The notes under the pieces are model-generated. The model made no database searches and was not told the origin of the DNA. It worked only from the letters and a program-made list of their open reading frames with translations. Positions 58,314 through 64,000 of a stretch of DNA of 64,000 nucleotides are shown piece after piece. Position numbers and translations under genes: made by a program. Source of the stretch: the human T2T-CHM13v2.0 reference genome, Homo sapiens; NCBI RefSeq assembly GCF_009914755.1, contig NC_060926.1. The stretch is one strand, 5' to 3'. How positions within the stretch are numbered: the stretch's first letter is position 1; every line of letters starts with the position of its first letter.

Positions 58314-60159
58314 CCCTACCCTAGGCAGAGACTATTTGAGTTATTGGAAACAGGTGATCTCAAACAGGACCTTGGTAAGTGAATGTGATGATCTAGAAGG
58401 AAAAAGGCCAGAATTGAGCACCTATAGAAGTTCAAGTCCTAGTAATTATTGTAGTTCAAGAATGTTGCTTGTTGAATGTCACTATATTATTATAGGTCTT
58501 TAAGGAGTACATTTGTAACTTCCTGTTTTCATTTCCTTTCACCGCAGAGAAATCACAGAACAGAAACTCTGCTTTTCTCTGGCCAACTAATCACTACTTG
58601 AGTTTGGAAATATAACTAACATGCCTGTAGACAATGCAAAATGATAGTAAGCAATACAACTGAGATTGGCCACTATAAAACAGAATCCTAAAATTCAGGT
58701 CACAGTTTTGAGCAATCTTTAGAGCATTGTATATGCTGAAGAGTATTTCCCAGTAATTGAGGTGTGTATAATATAACTAAAAAGCAGAGGATCACCCTTT
58801 CCAGGGTATTTCAAGAGTTTTTCCAGAGAGATCCTCCTGGTATGTCCATGCCAGGTGACGAGCCCAAATTGGGTACCTTGCAGGGTTACGGATCCTGAGG
58901 GGACTTATCTGATACAGAATTAAGTCTGTAACCAGAAAAGCTCTTTCTGTCCTGCTCTACCTTAATGATAGACAGCTCTGGCTTGGATAAGACGGTTATA
59001 GAGACTCATCTATAGGAGTTTCATGGTGAATCTTGCAGTGATCATTAAAAACAGAAGCCATTTTTGTTTATTTTGTTTTGCTATTGTTTTGGTTGGGCTG
59101 AGGGCAGGCTGCCAAAGGAGGGAAAAGTGGGACTTTCTGGGCATTCAATAAGTGTTCATCATTTAGTGGTACAGCATGGGGGAGGGCCACAGAAAACTCT
59201 AATCTGGATTTCCACAGAAGACAAACATTTGGAGCCTGGGGCCATCTTTACCAGGCAGAAATATAATTCAGGTTTTCAACAAAAGCTCAGGATCACAGAT
59301 TCAGCAGACATCTAAGGTCTAGTCCTGCGGACTGGCAGTAGGTTCTGCTTGTTTGCTCTGATTAAGAGGCCGGCTGCTTGCACCTTGACTTTCATAGTCT
59401 TCATGGTACAGGTGGAAAAGGGATAATAAGTGCCACGCTCTAGGTGCTGGTGAATGAGATGATGAGCTAGGAATGCTGAGGACTTAGTTCCCAGGAGCCC
59501 TAACAAGGTCTTCGGTCATCAGCAAGACAGAGCCTCTTTACTAAAAGGGTGGGAATCCTGTTGTACTCTATTTTTACTGAAGACTGGCATAAACCCAGTC
59601 TAACAAATGATATTTTGAATGTCTCATTGACAGAGATGCCAAATCCTTCACTTATTTTGATGCTAATTACTACCAGGATGTAATTCTAAAATTATTAAGC
59701 TTTAAAAGAAAAGTCAGAATCTATGTGTTGAAAGGATAAGTGATTTTCTTTTTTTCTTGAAACAGTGACTCAAGCTGTTGCCTAAAGGAGTTGGGGCTCC
59801 TGATTTCTGAGCTAATTTCCTTTTTGTTCTTTCATACTAGCTTTCCTCTTGGTTGGAATCTGCCTATCCTGTGGTCTTACATTCCTAAAGTTAAATGACA
59901 AGGAAGTTATTTGCAGTCCACAATAACTATTTTTCTTTAAAGTTTATACATGGTTAGATTCTAAGAAAAGTCTATTAAACTGTGTTACTGGTAAATAAGT
60001 CATGCCACTTCTTTAATTAAAACTCTCCAATTGCTTGTGGAGTCCCTCACACTAAAACCCCAAATTCTTACCATAGTCTACCTAGCTATACCCTCTAATC
60101 CTCTCCTTCCAGTTTTTCTCACTGCACTCCAACCACAGCTTCCCTGTTGAGCTCAAATA

Positions 60160-60327
60160 CAGTGATTCTCACCTTTGGCTGCACATTACAATCCCCTGGG
60201 TGCCTCTTAAACAGAGATGCCCAGATCCCATCCCAGGCATTCTGATTTATCAGTGGCACAGCCCTTGATATTGACATTTTCAAAAGCTCCCTGTGCCTCT
60301 ATGTGCAGAGAGCGCTGGGAACATCTG
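60160..60327. mobile_element. MER5-family MITE
   Basis: cagtgattctcacctttggctgcacattacaatcccctggg... Confidence 0.7.
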
Positions 60328-60771
60328 GAGACTGCAAGAGTGCACTGAGTGTACACACAAGCAAGGCAACAAGCACGGTTCCTGATGCATCATATGTACT
60401 CAGCTCTTCAAAAAATATTTCCTGCTCTGTTTAATTACATTTATCTTCTTCCCTTTTTGAAAAATGGTCACCAAAAATTGGAATTGGGAATTTTTTCATG
60501 TTTGAAAAAATGATTATTTCAACTAGCAGGAGGATACAGACAACATTTAGAAAGTTTCAGCAGCAGCTTAAAAGAGCCCTTAATGAGTCCTGAAAATTAA
60601 TACGAAGCCCTCTCCTTACCAGAGGTAAGTTATTTCCTGGCTTATGGTTCAGTATTTGTGCTATTAGTATGTGAATAACTAGTTCTCAAACTTACCTCCT
60701 ACTGCTCAACATCAATTTCTGGCAAGGAAATCTAATAGGTCATACTAATGTGCCTTGATACAGAAATGTAA

Positions 60772-61074
60772 TTTTTTTTTTTTTTTTTTTTTTGAGACAG
60801 AGTCTCGCTCTGTCGCCCAGGTTGGAGTGCAGTGGCGCAATCTTGGCTCACTGCAACCTCCGCCTCCTGAGTTCACTCCATTCTCCTGCCTTAGCCTCCT
60901 GAGTAGCTGGGACTACAGGTGCCCGCCACCATGCCCAGCTAATTTTTTGTATTTTTAGTAGAGACAGGGTTTCACCGTGTTAGCCACGATGGTCTCGATC
61001 CCCTGACCTCATGATCCGCCTGCCTCAGCCTCCCAAAGTGCTGGGATTACAGGCGTGAGCCACTGCGCCCGGCC
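60772..61074 (-). mobile_element. AluY/Sc8-like
   Basis: TSD cagaaatgtaattt at 60761-60774 and 61075-61088. Confidence 0.95.
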
Positions 61075-61884
61075 CAGAAATGTAATTTAATCAAACTGAG
61101 ATATACAGACTTCTCTTTCTGAGGATACCTGAGGGGATATGTGCCAGTCAAGACCTTGGAAATAGCATTTTAATAATTTTTGTTGTTAAAGTTATCCCAC
61201 ATTTAATTATAAATTTGGTTCATCTGATTTGTTTTGTGTTACTGGGTGAATGAGGAAGATAACTGGCCTTGATTTTTCACCCTGAAGAATTACATTTGTT
61301 CTTATTCTTTTTATGGAAAAGGATTATCTGTTTCCAGGGATCACCGAGAATTAGAGTTGGGTACAGCTCAAAAGTTTCATGGCAACCTCAGCCTAAGCCA
61401 TAGTTGCTTCTAAATTTCAATATTATTTAGGGCAGATGAATGTGAAACACTTACAGAAGGAATGAGGAAGGGCGATTAAATGTGATAATCTGGGGAGTTG
61501 AAGTTTGAGGAGGGCCTGGCAGGAGATCGTCCTCTTTTAGACTGTTTGGAATTTGATGGAGTAGCACCCACAAAGAGAGTGGGAGGAGCTTTCAGAGGGA
61601 AAATATTTTGGGTTCAGCTTCTAACACCCAAACTCCCTTGGCTGCAATTTTTTAAAAAACCAAGTAGCACTGAAGGAGCGCAGTAAGTAGCAAGCGAATC
61701 CAATAAAGGCAAATTAATTCCCAAGGCTGGTTTCCTTTCCAGCACAACAGCACTTTAGAAAAAGACTTTACTAAGATTAAAAGAGGTTGAGCATGAAACA
61801 GTAACCATCGAAACTTTTCCCCCCGTCTTGGTCATGAAATAGAAATTTGGTATTTAATTTTGGTTGCCATGCAAGTCTTTTGAT

Positions 61885-61994
61885 TCGTGAGGGCTAGGAA
61901 ATTGCTCTGTTTAGCATAATCCCAGAGACCACTGTGAGGGATTGTATGAACATCTCACAGTTGCCAGCTGAGATTAAGCCAACTCACAGCCATC
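61885..61994 (-). ncRNA. MIR216A: microRNA 216a precursor hairpin (5p at 61955-61976; 3p at 61916-61937)
   Basis: tcacagttgccagctgagatta is the reverse complement of miR-216a-5p UAAUCUCAGCUGGCAACUGUGA; ataatcccagagaccactgtga is the reverse complement of the 3p arm; apical UGU in loop; same strand as MIR217 and ~6 kb from it. Confidence 0.98.
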
Positions 61995-62889
61995 CGTGTT
62001 AGACCTGCAAGAGAAAGTGTATGAGCAGAGGCACGTGGCTGCCTCAGGTGGAAGCACATCTTCATACATCGAGTGCACCAGCAGAAGCCCTGATGTACCC
62101 CTCTGCATTTTTCTTGAGGAGACATTATCAAGCTACTCCTCTTGCTGAATTCACAGATTTCTGGCATATGCTATATTGCATGTAATGTCATAAAAGTATA
62201 ATCTTTGCATTTAGAAAGGATTTACTCTAATCCATATATAGTAAGAAACAGCCAAGTAGGAGTACAGGTGAATGTAAAACCAATCACTAAAAATGATTTT
62301 TTAAACAAGCTTTATAGAGAACTTGGAAACATCAAAGCCAAACACTCTAAAATTTGTCCTCAGACAAGAAAACCAGCAATTACGTTGAAAAAGTAATGAC
62401 CGTATACTCACCAAATGGCCAGATGTGTCAATAGCGGTGGCTGTTACCTTTCATAGATGGTGGTGTTCATGTCCTCCCCTCTTGCCCACATCACTGTCAT
62501 GGCTAAGTGAGACTGAGCCATGATCTAAGCCCCTCAGTCCACTGGGTGGGGCTAATCAATGGTAAGAATAATGATTAAGAACGGAAGGAAGAGGAAACGC
62601 CTTCAGAGTTTCCCCACCATCTGCCGTGGATGGCATCTCAACTTGAGTGAGTGTAAGAAGCACATAGGAAACTTGTTACAAATGTAGATCCCCAGGACCT
62701 ACCTCTAGATTTTGATTCAGTAGGTCTGGTTTTGGTGGCTGCGATTTGCACTTCGGTGGAGATTTTCCACTGCCTTTCTCCAGCTTCACTTCATACTAGA
62801 CCATTTCTTCCTCTACATTGTAGACTCCAGCTCTAACAAGTTCTGAGAATCCAATGAGCTGTGTTTGCCCATACTTGGAATTATTTCTT

Positions 62890-62913
62890 CTTTCTCTCTC
62901 CCTCCTCTCTCTC

Positions 62914-62957
<44 letters not shown>
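62890..62957. repeat. Compound (CT)n-(CA)n microsatellite
   Basis: Directly visible. Confidence 0.97.
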
Positions 62958-62961
<4 letters not shown>

Positions 62962-64000
62962 GTGTGACAGTCACACATTGAAAACTATCACACACTGCCT
63001 TCTCTCCCCAGTCTCCCTTTTTTGGCACCTGTAATACACAATGGTGTTTTCTCACTCACATGCTTTCTCCTTCATTGACTGCAAACTTCCAAGTGTTGGC
63101 ACTGTGCTTATTCATCTCTATATCCTCAACTATACTATTCTCAGTTTAGCATCTGATGTTTAATAAGTGCTCAAAAAAATTTTGTCAAACTAAATCAAAT
63201 GTTTGTTGAAGCAAAGAATTATGGATTTCAGCTCATAACTTGTCCTTTAATAATTGAGACTTGACACAATTAAGAGAGTGGTAATTTACAGAGTTAGAAA
63301 AGTGGCTTTTCGTTTTAAAAGTCAGGTAAATATAAAGTTACAAAACAATTGAGAAAGAACAATTGAATATAATCTTGTGCCTCATATGGACTCCTAAGTA
63401 CAAAGCTACTTTTGTAAAATAAGAATGTCTCATCATTAGGATTTAACTTTTTAAATATTGTTCTAAGTTTATTTTCTGGAGTCAAATTGCTCAGGATTAA
63501 AAATAAGCAGATTTTATCTTAATCAAAAAACAAGAGCTTCTCAGAGCAACATGAATGACGTTCAGTTTTTTCTTTTCTCTTAATCTTATATTTGATTTTC
63601 CTTTCTCTCTAGAAAGTTTAATAGTGAAAAGTTACCATAGAAAAGTGACAGGAGTATGTAGTTCTTCTTCCCTCTGCTAGAAAACATTAAGAAAAGATCA
63701 TAAATGGAAACATCATATGCTGATGTGGAAGATGAGACAGCTTTTTATTAATCTTAAGTTGTCATGTCCACAACTGCACAGGGAGGTGGGCTCTCAATGG
63801 AAGCAAAGACATATACGTTTCTGCCTTGCCTACCTTAGTGGGTTGCTGTGATGGGCATTTAAAAAAGAAAAAGGAAGAAACTGATACAAAGTTGTTTTGG
63901 CAACAAAGCTATATTAATGTGGATAGATAGTCCACAGGCCAGATAAACTGAAATACAGTAGCAAAGTATCAAGGAGTAAGCTGTTTCTAACACTATCTAT

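Overview
Human (or closely related great-ape) non-coding DNA: AT-rich, CpG-depleted and dominated by repeats, with no supportable protein-coding gene. The two firm genes are the microRNA hairpins MIR217 (55867-55976, minus) and MIR216A (61885-61994, minus), recognised from exact matches to their mature and precursor sequences. From recalled knowledge this places the window in the MIR217HG locus at 2p16.1, next to EFEMP1. The window also holds a 3'-truncated, tail-less 7SK retrocopy nested in an MLT1 LTR, twelve Alus, a twin-primed inverted L1PA, old L1M/L2/MIR/L3 fragments, several solo LTRs (including MLT2A2), an LTR-less rearranged ERV-L internal region and a two-LTR non-autonomous ERV1 provirus. 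I found no convincing new biological system. The best unexplained signals are: a ~230-bp non-repeat, enhancer-like insert placed cleanly inside an old L1; two short locally templated duplications inside L2 fossils; a candidate splice acceptor abutting the miR-216a hairpin; and a CArG/ETS cluster partly created by the 7SK target-site duplication (TSD). Repeat subfamily names come from memory of consensus sequences and need RepeatMasker/Dfam confirmation.
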